DNA from: Fimicolochytrium jonesii
Taxonomy: Eukaryota
Assembly (NCBI RefSeq): GCF_025526975.1
Contig: NW_026515681.1
Location: 124,001-188,000 of the forward strand
Length of the DNA stretch: 64,000 nt
Reading direction: 5' to 3'
Shown here: positions 39,176 to 52,110 of the stretch, one piece after another
Layout: the number at the start of each line of letters is the position of its first letter
How positions within the stretch are numbered: the stretch's first letter is position 1
Program-made: the position numbers and the translations under genes
Notes under the pieces: generated by a model
The model's input: only the letters and a program-made list of their open reading frames with translations
Databases searched by the model: none
Told to the model about the DNA's origin: nothing

Positions 39176-42061
39176 ATGCCCGACACAAAAGCCATAGTGT
39201 TTGGTCTGGTCCTCGGCGTCTCCCTCTCCGTCGCTTCTCTCGTCGCCGTCATCCTCAGCAACGAACCAGCCTCCGCCTCCGCCAAGGCTTTCCTTCTGGG
39301 CGACAAGCACAGGAACAAGCACCGCAAGCGGAACAACCGCCATCAGCACCATGACCGCCACTCTCAGCAACCAAGAGCGTTGGACGACGACGACGAGTGC
39401 CAGGACGGCGGCCGTGCCCAGGCGAGGGAGCTGAGCGCCCGATGTGGCGATGGCGTTGCCAGCTTGATTGGAAATACGCCGTTGTTCCGCATACAGAGTC
39501 TATCGGACGCCACAGGGTGCGAGATTATGGCGAAAGCGGAGTTTCTGAACGTTGGAGGCAGCACGAAGGATCGCGTAGCGCTGAGTATCATCACTGAGGT
39601 GGGTTATTAGGTGAAAGTGCCGCATGGCTGTCCGTATGAAACATATTGACGATAGAGAGCTATTGCAGGCAGAGAAACGGGGCTTGATAGTGCCACATAG
39701 GGGTGACACGATTTTTGAAGGCACCGTCGGCAGCACGGGCATATCCTTGGCCGTCATCGCCAAGGCAAAGGGATACAATTGCCACATCGTCATGCCGGAC
39801 GACATTGCAAAGGAAAAGTACGAACTGTTGGAGAAGTTGGGTGCCGTGGTGGAGAAGGTCCGGCAGGTGCCCATCGTTCACAAGGACCATTTCGTGAATG
39901 TCGCCAAGCGGCGCGCGGCAGAGATGAACGCGAGGGCTGACGAGATGGATACCCAGTTGGGGATGGAGCAGGGCACTGACGGGACATCTGACGAGAGCGT
40001 CACAGACGACGAGGACGACGTCGTAGCCACGTCGCCCATCGGCTCACCCCTCCGCCTCCGCCGGAAGGGGGATCGCGTGGGCCATGCACCCCGAGGTTTC
40101 TTTGCCGACCAGTTTGAGAACCTGTCCAACTTCAACATTCACTACCGGACGACGGGCCCGGAGATTTACGCACAGACAGGTGGTTCGCTCGATGCCGTTG
40201 TCCTAGGGGCCGGGACAGGTGGAACACTAGCTGGAATCACGCACTACCTCAAACCCCTACTCCCCGACATGCTAGCAGTGCTCGCCGACCCGCATGGGTC
40301 CGGGCTCTACCACAAAGTGAAGCACGGCATCATGTACTCCCCCACCGAAGCCGAAGGCACGCGCAAACGCCACCAAGTAGACACCGTCGTCGAAGGCGTT
40401 GGGATCAACCGGCTCACCAAAAACTTTCAAAAAGTCGCCGATGGCTGGCTGGACGAGGCTGTGAAAGTCTCCGACCGCGAAGCCGTCGAGATGGCCCGCT
40501 ACCTCGTCCGTAACGACGGCCTGTTTGTCGGATCCTCCTCTGCTGTCAACTGCGTTGCTGCCGTCCGGGTCGCACGCCAGCTGGGGCCGGGACATACTAT
40601 CGTCACTATGATCAACGACCATGGGACACGCCATCTTACAAAATTCTGGAACGATGAATACATCGCCAACGCTGGGCTAACCCCGCATGCCACTGGTCTC
40701 GAATTCCTCGACGAGCCACATCCCTACGCGGCCGCGTCATCCCTCGCCTCCTCCCGCTCATCCTCAACCTCAAACCTAAACACAGTCTCAAACGTTGACC
40801 AAACCCCCCCACCCACCAGCGGCATCCCCTCCCTTCTCGAAACCGAACAAGCAGCCTTCCTAGCCCTCTCCAAACCCCCCAACAACACTGCTTCCATTAT
40901 CAACACTCTCGCCTCCGCTCCATCGTCCGTCTACGCGTGGTCACGCACGCGGTTCCAGAAAGCTGCTGTGAACTTTATACGCAACTCCGGGCCGATACCG
41001 CAACATGTCGGGTTTATTATGGATGGGAATAGGCGGTATGCGAAGAAGGTGGGCGCAAGGCCGGGGGTAGGGCATGTTGCGGGGAGTCGGAAGCTTGAGG
41101 AGGTAAGGCGTCACATCAGGTCACCGTTAACACACCCACGGTGAACTGAGGGAAATCTGCACTCACGGTTCACCTGATCTCACACGTTCTCTTTTCGGTT
41201 TCATTTCTCCTCGAGCAGACCCTAGAATGGTGCCTAAACCTCGGCATAACCTCCGTAACAGTCTACGCCTTCAGCATCGAAAACTTCAAACGCCCCGCGC
41301 CCGAAGTCGACCTCCTCATGGAACTCGCCACAGCCCAACTCGAACAATTCGCGCTCAATACCGATTTCGTCCACCAAAACGGCATCCGCGTCAACGTTCT
41401 CGGTAATACCTCTCTCTTACCCCCCCACGTCCTCTCCGCTACTCTCAAAGCGGAAGAAGCCACGAGGGGTAATACAAGAGTGGTGTTGAATATTTGTTGT
41501 CCGTATACCTCACGCCATGAGATGGCGGAGGCGGTCAACAGGGCGGTTGGGGAAGTGCAGGGGGGGAATTTGGGGGTGGAGGAGATAAGCGAGAGTGTTT
41601 TGGATGGGTTTATGGGGACGGGCGGGCAGCCGGATCTGGATATTCTGGTGAGGACGAGTGGGGAGAAGCGGTTGAGTGACTTTTTGTTGTGGCAGGTGGG
41701 TGAGACTGTACATCTCCGTTTTTTTTTGTTTGTTGTCTGAATGTGTCTAATTTATTTTTTTGGGAAGGTGTCGAAACCCTGCCAGATCCGCTTCGTAGAC
41801 GTCCTCTGGCCGGAATTCACGTTCTGGGATATGGTGCCCATCCTGCTGGCGTACCAGGCGCATTATCCGGAGATGGTGAAGGAGCGGGCGGCCTTGGCTG
41901 CACAAAATCAAACCTCAACGTCGAATGGGGGGAAGGTGGTTGTTGGGGATGCCGTGGCCAAGACGGCGAAGAGCATACGCGATCCTCGCGATCCGGCGAT
42001 TGTTGTGCATAATCCGGGGAGGGTGGAGAAGCAGAGACGGATGGGGAGTGCGGGGCATTAG
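39176..42061 (+). CDS. Fusion protein: N-terminal TM + cysteine synthase (CysK/MCY1-like PLP enzyme) + cis-prenyltransferase (Rer2/Srt1/DHDDS-like)
   Basis: IGNTPL, KAEFLNVGGSTKDR, EGTVGSTGIS, DQFEN, GAGTGGT, VVEGVG, VGSSS, KFW; then in the same exon HVGFIMDGNRR; later exons VYAFSIENFKR, PYTSRHE, LVRTSGEKRLSDFLLWQ, LWPEF. Confidence 0.85.
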
Positions 42062-42387
42062 GTGTATTTGATAGTCTGAAGACCCTTAACGGGATGCAGT
42101 GTAGGGTAGTGGAAGGTAGACATCAGTTTTTGGCAAGGGCGAGCGGGGATCGTCCCGGTTGTAGGGTGTCTATTTACGTACGTAGTTTCATATCATGTCA
42201 ATACCCTTCACACATTTCTATCATATTTTGTTTTCTCGGGGTTGACGCACATTTGAGTACGCAGCTTTCTATCACTTTGACTGTACGAACACCGTTGCAT
42301 TGACCGAAAATGCACTGGGGGAAGGGTAGGAAAAACATGTCTATACACACATTAGGGCGGAACTTCACATCATCGATGTCCAGGGCA

Positions 42388-44845
42388 TCATTTCCGCACA
42401 GGCAACATAGGCAACTGCAACCCCTCCTCCCCGCCACCGGCTTTAGCACCCGAAAGCGACAAACTGCTCGTCGGCCGACTCCCCGTCTCACGCCTCACAC
42501 CCCCGCTCACACCGCCCTTCACGACCTTGGCGCAGCTCTGCGGGCGGCTAGCCGCGGGCGTCTCGGGGTGCGAGATCGCGTGTGATGCGCTCCCAGCGAC
42601 ATCCGCCGCTGACCCGCGTACTTCCAACCCCCCTATCTCTCCCGTACCCTTTCCGGCCCGTTCCCGATCAACCCGAGTAGTCAACCCCAACCTCCGTCCC
42701 GTATCCATCCACCCGCTCACATGTGTTGATTGCAGAGCCCGGCGGTTAGGATCGGTCTCGACGCGCACGTAGGTCTGCAATCGGGTGTTGGGCTGCGCCC
42801 AGGGTTCGGAGGCGAGGGACTGCATGTAGGCGTGGAGGTGCGTGTCGTCGAGGGATGTGAGGGCTTCGAGCGTTTGGCGGTCGGTGAGGGAGGTGGTGTG
42901 GGCGAGTTGGGCGTAGGCGGTGTGGTCGGCCTGTTGTGAGTTGATTCATGGTGAATGAGCGCCCGGGGGTTGCGCATCAAACGCTGTCATTATGAAGAGG
43001 GATATGATGAACGCACCGAAGTCTTCAGATTTTCCTCCTGCACGACCCTCGCCTTCTCCCTGCGCTCCTCCTGCAGGCGTGCGCGCTCGGCAAGCGTCGC
43101 GGCTTGGATTTGGAGGTAGGTCTGTAACGCCTGTGCGTCTTCGACCTGTTGCGCGGCATGGGTTGCTTTTTCGCGTGCTTTCTATAGTTTGAAAGATAAA
43201 TTTCGGTTGGTTTTCAGGGAGGACGGCAAAGCCAAGAAACCGCGCAACGAAAACACCCACCTGCTCCCTATAACTCATCTCGATGTCCAGCCCCTGCTTG
43301 CGCCGCTTCGCCTTCTCCTTTTCCTCCTGCAGCTTTTCGCGGGCGCCCCGGTCCGCCATCGCTTTCGCGACCGCGGCCTCGAGCTTGGCATCCTGCAGCG
43401 CGCGCTCGGCTGCGATCTTTTCGCCGGCTTCGTGGTTGGATTGCATGGTTATACTAAACGTGCAAAGAACTCGTGTTTAGTCCCATCAATACCACTTGGG
43501 GGGGCATTAACAACGGAGTGATACGACGTACATCTTCCGCTCCGTCTCCAACTGTTTCTTCCGATTCACCTGCCGCGTCTTGCGCTCGCGCCAATCTGCT
43601 GCTTTCGCCTGCCGCACCTCCTCCGCGCGCCGCTCGGCTTCTGCGTGTGCCAAGCGGTCGGAGGCGCATTCGTCCAACTGGTGCTTGAACTCCCGCTGCG
43701 CTGCACGTTTGGCGGCGTATTGCGCTTCTTTGCTTTGGAAGGCGCGGTCAGAGGATTCGGAGAGGGGGTTTGTTGCCGCCGCGCGTTGCTGGGGGGAGGT
43801 GATAACGAGCATCAGTTCCAGCTGCACTCATAGATTTGCATATACCGATGCAATGGGTTGGGATTCCGCCGAATTTGTATTACCTCAACCTCCTCCCGCT
43901 CCCTGTCCCTCTTCTCCCTCTGCTGCTCCAACAAGCAGTTCGCAACCTCGATATCCCTCACCCTCGCATCGATCTGCGCCTGTAAAGGGTTGAACCCCGG
44001 CCGCGCGAACACGGGCACCTCGTCCAGATCCTCCCTGTAATCGCGTTCGCGCTCTTCTTGCACCCTCCGGCGTTTGAGTTCCAACTGCATGTCTCGTTCC
44101 TGTTGACTTGAAAGTTTAGCATTCACGCAGGATGATAGCCGTAATGATATATACAAAACGTACCCGCAACGTCTCAAACAACATGACCTTGCTATGAAAC
44201 CTCTTCACGCAATCCGTCTCACAATACTGCATCTGCTTCGCACGGTCGATGATCGCTTTCCGCCGTTGGGCTTCTTCCTCGGCGTACAGCTCGTCGATAC
44301 GGACGCGTTTGGCTTCTTCGGCTTCGAGGCGGTCTGCGCGCGCTTGGAGCCGCTGCTTGCGTTGCCCGCCGACGGTGTGCGTCCAGTTGGCGATGCGGGT
44401 TTTGGAGAGGGCGTGGCGGCGGTCGCGCTGTGGGGCGGAGTGAGGAAGTCAGACCCTGTTTGTAATATGAAGCGGGGGAGACGGACCACGTACATCGGCC
44501 TTCTGCATCTGTCGCACCCGTTCTTCTACGCCTACACCGTCCATCTGCTGCACTAAGCGTTTGAGATCAACAGCGCTGAGCATTACGGGTTCCTGTCTAT
44601 GGACAAGTTGAAATCAGCAAACTGGGGTCCGAGTGCATTGCAGAACTGTCCTTCGACCCGCTTACCTCCTTGAACTCTTAGCAGTAGGCTTCATGACAGT
44701 GGTGGTGGTATACTCCCCAGCTGCGTTCGAGAGATCAAGAAATCAATGGTTATCAGAATCTAACCCGGAGATGAGCATGCAATTATCACTCACGATAGAA
44801 TCCCAGGTGAGGCCCGATGTTCCGCGTCAAGATGCTGACGGTCAT
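42388..44845 (-). CDS. CFAP210/CCDC173-like ciliary coiled-coil (TPH-domain) protein (multi-exon)
   Basis: ANWTHTVGGQRKQRLQARADRLEAEEAKRVRIDELYAEEEAQRRKAIIDRAKQMQYCETDCVKRFHSK, ERDMQLELKR, C-terminal DTGRRLG; gene ends approximate. Confidence 0.65.
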
Positions 44846-45623
44846 CTTCACGACTACTTGGGGATTGGAAACTAGGAACCGGGGCCGTTCTGTTCGCAGG
44901 TAGGCTTCCTGCTTCGAAGTGGTTGAGTATATGGTCAGATCGTCAGAAACGGAGTAACAATAACGGTGGGTTTCTAGTGATTGTAAGATAGCTATGTAAC
45001 GAGCAAATGATACATCCGCAGTATCTTCTAGCGCTTTATGCCTTGTCCAGTACCAAGATACGATCACTTATAGCTGGAGTCAAGCGCCGGTTGCCGTACG
45101 AAAAAAATGACAGTCTGTCAAGCCTGAAATTACAACTCCGCTAGGCCGCGCCACGTCAACGCCACACCTTGCCACAGCTGCGCCACAGCGCTTACAACGC
45201 AAACCGACAGCGCGTCTCCGTTCTTACTCCGCCCCTTGCCTGCCAGTCGCAACGAGCAAACAATTACTCTTATGCGTGCTGAAATAGGGAGGGGAAGGTG
45301 GGGCGAGGAGTGGTGGCACATGACGTTTTTGCTCGTTGAGAAGAGAGATCGTAATGTGCTCACCGCACAGGCTGCGAGGCGTTACACCATAGCGCAATAG
45401 GTGCGTGATTGTTGGTGTTCAACGTGAACATTGTGAAAGCCAAATAGATCGGGTAGAGCAAAAGGATCCTGTTAAATGTCAGGGAATGTCGACGATTGGC
45501 TCACACAGCGTGCACTAGCTTTACCTAAATAAGTCTTGAGGTGTGAGTTGTGGGTTGGAGCAAAAAAGAGGCGCAAACTGGCTTATGGGGGGCAGGGATG
45601 GATGCGCCTCCCCATCGCGAACC

Positions 45624-45630
45624 TATAAAA
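45624..45630 (+). promoter_or_regulatory. TATA box upstream of the aspartic protease
   Basis: TATAAAA ~110 bp upstream of the ATG. Confidence 0.5.
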
Positions 45631-45735
45631 CACGGACCAGCGCCTCGCATTCCCTCTTCCTCTTCGTGTCCTTAGGCAGCTCCATTTATTGAAGCTCGCA
45701 AAGTATACACCTCCATACCCCACCTGATTTTCAAG

Positions 45736-46962
45736 ATGACTTGGCTCACCACCACCCTCCTCGCGCTCGTCTGCGCCTCCGCCCTCCTCACCCCCGTCCT
45801 CGGCGACGCCAACGGCGGGGGAGGCAGCGCCTCCCTCGGCGTCGCCAAGCAACGCCGTCTCTGGCGCCCCCAACCTGCCTCCAGTCTCCGCCGCCGCGCC
45901 GAACAGATGAAATTCTCCAAACTCTACAACGGGCTCTACTACGGCCACTTTGAGGTCGGCTCACCGCGCCAAGGGTTTGACGTGATGGTGGACACGGGCA
46001 GTTCGGATTTTTGGCTGAACTGCAAGAAGGGCAAGACGGTTACCGATAGGAAGTTTTTTTACCCCGAGGCGTCTAGGACGATCAAGAACGCGAACAAGAC
46101 GACTGAGATCAAGTACGCTGATGGGACCCGAATTGTCGAACGGTGGTATAAGGACGTGGTGATCATCGACGATAAAGGCACCGACGTGTACTTTGCGTGC
46201 GCGTTTGAAGACGAGAACCCCGATTTCAGTCCCGCGGATATGGCCGAGGGCACGAGCGGGCTGATCGGGCTCGCGTGGCCCGAGACCTCGACCGTGCCGT
46301 ACGACCCGCCCTTCCAAGCGTTCCTGAAGGCGAAGAAGTTTGCGAGCGGGGTGTATGGGCTTTACCTCGGCAGCGACGCCAACTCGACCGACGGGGAGCT
46401 TCGTCTAGGCAGCTACAACGAGAATCTGTTTAAGAAGAACGATCTGGCGTGGAACCCCGTCCCGCCCGAGTTCAACAGCACCACCCCGCGGCACTGGAAT
46501 ATCTACGTCGACCAGCTGACGGTCGGGAAGAAGACGTTTGCGTTCAAACGTGGCGCCGCGCCGAGTACCGCCGGCACGGCATTGTTCGCGCTCGATTCCG
46601 GGACCAGTTTCTACGGGTTCACCTCGGACATCATGGCCGAGCTGATCCGGGTCACCAACGCGACCGATTTCTCCAACAACTTTGACGGTGGTTACGGCGT
46701 CGACTGCAAGCAGCGCAAGATCGCGCCGCCGTTGGTGTTCACCATCGGCGGGAAGAAGTACACGATCGAGCCGCATGAGTGGATCGGGTACGACCCCGAC
46801 AAGATCGTGATCCCCGGTTGGACGTGCTACTTGCAGCTGTACGATTTGGGCGATTACTATGTCCAGATTTTGGGTGACCCGTTCTTGCGCAAGTACTACT
46901 CTATCTATGATTTTGATAAGAAGCGTACGGGGCTTGCGCTCGCTGTTCCGCCCAAGAAGTAG
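45736..46962 (+). CDS. Secreted pepsin-like (A1) aspartic protease, intronless
   Basis: Signal peptide; YYGHFEVGSPRQGFDVMVDTGSSDFW, ALDSGTS, ILGDPFLRKYYSIYDFDKKRTGLA. Confidence 0.95.
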   Translation: MTWLTTTLLALVCASALLTPVLGDANGGGGSASLGVAKQRRLWRPQPASSLRRRAEQMKFSKLYNGLYYGHFEVGSPRQGFDVMVDTGSSDFWLNCKKGKTVTDRKFFYPEASRTIKNANKTTEIKYADGTRIVERWYKDVVIIDDKGTDVYFACAFEDENPDFSPADMAEGTSGLIGLAWPETSTVPYDPPFQAFLKAKKFASGVYGLYLGSDANSTDGELRLGSYNENLFKKNDLAWNPVPPEFNSTTPRHWNIYVDQLTVGKKTFAFKRGAAPSTAGTALFALDSGTSFYGFTSDIMAELIRVTNATDFSNNFDGGYGVDCKQRKIAPPLVFTIGGKKYTIEPHEWIGYDPDKIVIPGWTCYLQLYDLGDYYVQILGDPFLRKYYSIYDFDKKRTGLALAVPPKK

Positions 46963-47824
46963 GTGCTACTTCTATTCCCCCCAGACCCTCCACAATACAC
47001 GCACCGGAACGGCGACTGGATGTGACCTTGAGCGCTCATGCACCCTCTTTGGATCATCCAGATTCAAAATTCATAACCCATGGGGGAAATCGGGTTCCGG
47101 GGAGGGCAATAACTAAGCACTACGAGCAGCCAGTTGTGGATTATCATATACATCTTGGACTTTTTGGCATCTCTAAAAAATTGATATCTTATCTCTTAAA
47201 AGAACTTTGTCCGATTCTTTTGAAATTTTGAGTGGAGCTGGTGAGAGCTACAGTATGAGAGAAGTGGCGCAAATCATCTGCCCAAGATATCCCAACCTTA
47301 GCGCCGCGCACGTCCCGAAAATGTTTGGTGCTCTCCCTGTCTTTAGTGCAGCTTTCTGCCCAGGCAACCCTCGCATCATTGATCAACGCCCCGACGTGCT
47401 ACTGCTGGCTTTCGTTACGGTGAGGTAGGCATTATGTGGACCGCAAAACCATGAGAAAGCACATCTCAAGGAGCCCTCATTCTCCCACCGCTTTCGGCAA
47501 TGGTTTCATTTGGGGTTGCAGTGAATCTCTTCCGTCCGCCTACGTTGGGGAACCGGGTTCAATTGACGCGAAACGTGAAAGCGCTGGACAACCCTTGCAG
47601 AACTTTTCGTGGGGCGATATTGTACATATTCACACTTTGCAAATTACAAATCCACTGCCTGATGAACCATGTTTCGCACATGTAGGGTCCCGTGTTGGGG
47701 GCTAGGTTACGGATTGTGGAATGAGGTATATGTGACAATACATAGATTGATGTGCGTTGTACATGGTAGGTTGTTGATGGGGAAATTTACGCGGTGGGGG
47801 TCGGGATGGGTGATCACTACAGTT

Positions 47825-48939
47825 TTAAAGCGTCAATTCCTGTGAAAGTAAAGTCATACGATTAGCACAGCTCGCATAGACATAAATGCCTGAGAATTCA
47901 AACCCACCATGATAGCATTGACAATATCATTGTTATGCTTCTTCAGCGCGCTCACAGCCTTCGGGCGGGTAACACCCGCCTGCTGCATAACCAGCTCGAC
48001 ATCCTTCGCCTCGACGCCCTCCTCATCGACAGCCTCTTCGTCGTCGTCGGCGAGCTCGGGGACCTCCTCCTCCTTCTTGGGCTGGGGCTCGGAGTTCTTG
48101 AACTGGTTGGCGGCGGCGGCCTGCGCTTGCGAGTTCATGTCCTCGATCTTGGCTTCGCCGAAGACGATGTAGGTGTCGCTGGTGGCGGATTTGTACACGT
48201 CGGGTTGGGAGACCACGAAGAGGATCTGCAATGTTACGAGTATTGGTTAACCATCGATCCATCGAACATCAGTCTTTCAACCAATCAACCATCGACCATC
48301 GAACGTCATCCATCAACACCCATCAACCATCAATCACCCATCAACAAACGATATAATGCTCGCGCCGCTCGCGACGAGGAGATTGGGCTGGGTGGGTGAG
48401 TGGAATATTGCGCCTTCGGCGCAATGTGGAGCTCGCTTCGATCGCAAAAGATTTGACACTTGCTGAGGCTCGCTTAGAACCGTAATTGGTGGAAGGTTTG
48501 CGCCTGGCCCAATGTGGCTCGCTTCGCTCGCGAAGGCCTTGGCTCGTTGCAGTCCAACACCCGAGCCTCAAGCATTCCTGGACCTCCGGCCCGGTTGGGC
48601 CTCGCTGCCGCTCGCCTTCTCCTCCCTTCGCTCGGAAGTCTCAAGCAATCTCCTCGCTATCGCTCGGAACCCTCAAGCACTCTCGCTAACGCTCCCGATA
48701 CTCACGTTCTTGGGCCTGCGGATGGTAACCCTGGTAATCCCATCTACGTGCTTGAGACCCAATTTAGCCAGAGCCTTCCTAGCCTTCTTCTCGCCCCTTG
48801 ACTGGACGTGACCGGGAGTTCCGGAGAGGATAGCGTCACCCTCGGGACCCTCGACCTCGTCCTCAGACTCCTCGTCCTCGACCTCCTGGACCTTGGGGAC
48901 CTTTTCCTCGGGCTTGTCGTTCGCTGCTTTGGACGCCAT
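47825..48939 (-). CDS. EGD2: Nascent polypeptide-associated complex alpha subunit (3 exons; intron 1 48226-48705)
   Basis: [46 protein letters not shown]...[32 protein letters not shown]...DIVNAIM|ELTL*. Confidence 0.95.
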
Positions 48940-49722
48940 TTCTAGTAGGAGGAATTTTGTCTTGTTAACTTTCCTAATTCACTTCGGTTGAGACCTCCGC
49001 TCGTCCTTTGAGTAAACTATGATCTGGGGCCGGCCTTTGGGCTCCCGAGTTCTGCAGGCCACGATCTGACCGCTCCCCCCGAGGATCATCCAAGCATTTC
49101 GACGGCAGCGGAGCAGACATGGACCTCCAGCGCTCTCCTGACGTTTACCTGTGTGTTCTTGTGGGGAGGGGGTTGTTGATCGAGACCTTTCTTGTCGATG
49201 TTTCGATGTTCGTTGTCGTTCGCAGAACCGCTCCGCGACACTTCGCCCATTGCCGTTTCCTGTACCATTGCGTAAGCCATGGATGAGTCACCATGACGTG
49301 CGCACGAATCGAAAGACAGGCAGGTGAGTTCACATGACTCGGAAATAAAAGGGACGAACGATGCCGATGACGTTCCGTTGTTGCAGTTTGGCACATGCTT
49401 GGGAGTTGCAGAAGTGGGAATAGCTTGCCTGACATGTGATGAGTCACGACCCGTGGCCTCCCGGCTTGTCCCGCACGCGTCCGCATTCCCCACCGGACGC
49501 GGACGGAGCAGCAGCATGGCATGTGTGGGCAATGATATCAGTTGGGAGGGGGAAGAACTGCGCACAACGGGCTGCTCGAATATTATTAGGGTCCCTTATC
49601 CCCCCCCTTCACAACCCAGAACCATTTTCCCACGACTTGCAATCACCAGATTCCCCACTCCATCGATCCCACTATTACAATACCATCAGAACCAACGCAG
49701 TAAGCAACAGCAACACCCAGTC

Positions 49723-51755
49723 ATGTCCATCCAAACAGCAAAGGGCGTCTCCATCTTGGGCCCAGTCAAGCCTCAGTACGCGGACATCTTGTCCATTCCC
49801 GCTCAGGAGTTTGTCGCTACTCTCAACAGGTGAGTCCCAATACAAGGTTGTGTTTTTACTCTCGGTTTACCTTGCGCTGATCCTGACTACTTGTGTTGCA
49901 TAGGGCATTCAACGGTCGTCGCAAGGAGCTCCTCCAACGACGCGTCGAGCGTCAGAAGCAGCTCGACGCTGGTGAGTTCTAGTCCCCGTTGGCCTTTGGC
50001 GGAAAATTCGGAAGGATTAGGTATCACTAACCAGCGATATCTCTGTCTTTTCAGGAAAGTTCCCTGATTTCCTTCCCGAGACAAAGGCGATCCGTGATGA
50101 CCCTACTTGGAAGGTGAGCTTCGGACAACCGGGATTGAAGTCTTGATTTTCCCACGCCGTCCTTCTTTCGTGAACCGGTCTCTCATGCTTCGAGTTCTAG
50201 GCCGCGCCTCCCGCTCCAGGATTGATTGACCGTCGCGTCGAGATTACCGGTCCCGTCGACCGGAAAATGGTCATCAACGCTCTCAACTCCGGGGCATTGA
50301 CCTACATGGCCGACTTTGAAGACTCGAATGCTCCCACATGGGAGAACAACATTTCAGGACAATGCAACCTGCGGGACGCTGTCCGAAGACAGATCGACTT
50401 CCAGGCACCTAACGGAAAGTACTACAAGTTGAAGGAAGGCCGCCTCGCCACGCTGCTCGTCCGGTAGGTTGATTGCTGGCATTCAAACAGTTTAGCCTGA
50501 TGAAAGTTGCCCTGGTCTTACCGTCTCCTTCATTTATACAGCCCTCGTGGATGGCACTTGGAGGAGAAGCATTTCCTGGTCGATGGAGAGCCAGTATCGG
50601 GATCCATCTTCGACTTTGCTCTCTACTTTTTCCACAATGGTGCGGAGTCCGTGCGCCGCGGGTTCGGACCGTACTTCTACCTCCCGAAAATGGAGTCGCA
50701 CCTGGAAGCCAGGCTATGGAACGACGTTTTCAACCTCGCTCAGGACATCCTCAGCATTCCCCGCGGTACTATCCGAGGGACCGTCCTGATCGAGACCATC
50801 ATGGCAGCGTACGAGATGGACGAGATCATCTTTGAACTGCGGGACCACTCCTCAGGGTTGAACTGTGGTCGATGGGACTACATCTTCTCCTTCATCAAGA
50901 AGTTCCGTAACCACTCCCAATTCGTGCTGCCCGACCGTGGCGACATCACCATGACCACGCCCTTCATGGACGCCTATGTCCGCCTCCTCATCAAGACCTG
51001 CCACAAGCGCGGCGTGCACGCCATGGGCGGCATGGCAGCCTTCATTCCCATCAAAGACGACCCCGCCAAGAACGACGCGGCGATGGCCAAGGTCCGCGCC
51101 GACAAGCAACGCGAGGTCCAGGCCGGCCACGACGGCACCTGGGTCGCGCACCCAGACCTGGTTAAACTCGCCAAGGACATCTTCGACAAGCACATGCCCC
51201 AGCCCAACCAGCTCTACATCCGCCGCGAGGACGTCGAGGTCACGGGCGCCCACCTGATCTCCACCCAGGGCGTCAGCGGCAAGATTACCGACAACGGCCT
51301 GCGCATGAACATCGACGTCGCGCTGCAGTACATGGAGGCCTGGCTCCGGGGGAACGGGTGCGTGCCCATCCATAACCTGATGGAGGACGCGGCTACCGCT
51401 GAGATTTCGAGGTCGCAGCTGTGGCAGTGGGTGCGTCACCGTGCCCGCACCGCTGAGGGGAAGGAGGTCACGCCGGAGCTGGTTAGCAAGCTGCTGGATG
51501 AGGAAGTGGAGAAAGTGAAGCAGCGGCTGGGAGAGCAGAAGTTTGCGGCGTCCAAGTTTGAGCTCGCTAAGAAGCACCTTGTGGGGACTATCCAAGGGAG
51601 GGAGTACTCTGATTTCTTGACGGTATGTCAATTCTTTTACCCATGCTTTGTATCAGACTCACTTCCTCAACGCAAATCCCACCTTCTTCTTCATCCCACA
51701 GACTCTTTGCTACGACTCGATCCTCACCCTCTCCGCCGGTGGCGCTAAGCTTTAA
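49723..51755 (+). CDS. MLS1: Peroxisomal malate synthase A (multi-exon)
   Basis: [88 protein letters not shown]-terminal PTS1 AKL*. Confidence 0.95.
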
Positions 51756-52110
51756 ACAAGTTGCGTCACCCTGCCGACCCCCAACCTCAGGAATGCCACC
51801 CCAACCACCTATCACAGCTGCATATAGCTCTATAGTCAGTCCCGCTTACTCGTAGTTTTCTTTCTGTTGATATATTCTGTGTGAATTCATCGTGCTCGTT
51901 ATCGTCTATGCTACTATCTGCCCCTCAGGGATCCTATCAACCTGGACCACCCTACATTCTAAGCCTTCTTCCCGTCAGCGGTAGGCCAATCTCGCAGTAA
52001 CAGCATGGCTCGCACCACCTATGACCACCATGCAATCGTGATAGATACTAACGCCCATGCATCCACGCCGTACCTCCTCCTCCACTCGACCCCCGATGTA
52101 GGACAAAATA

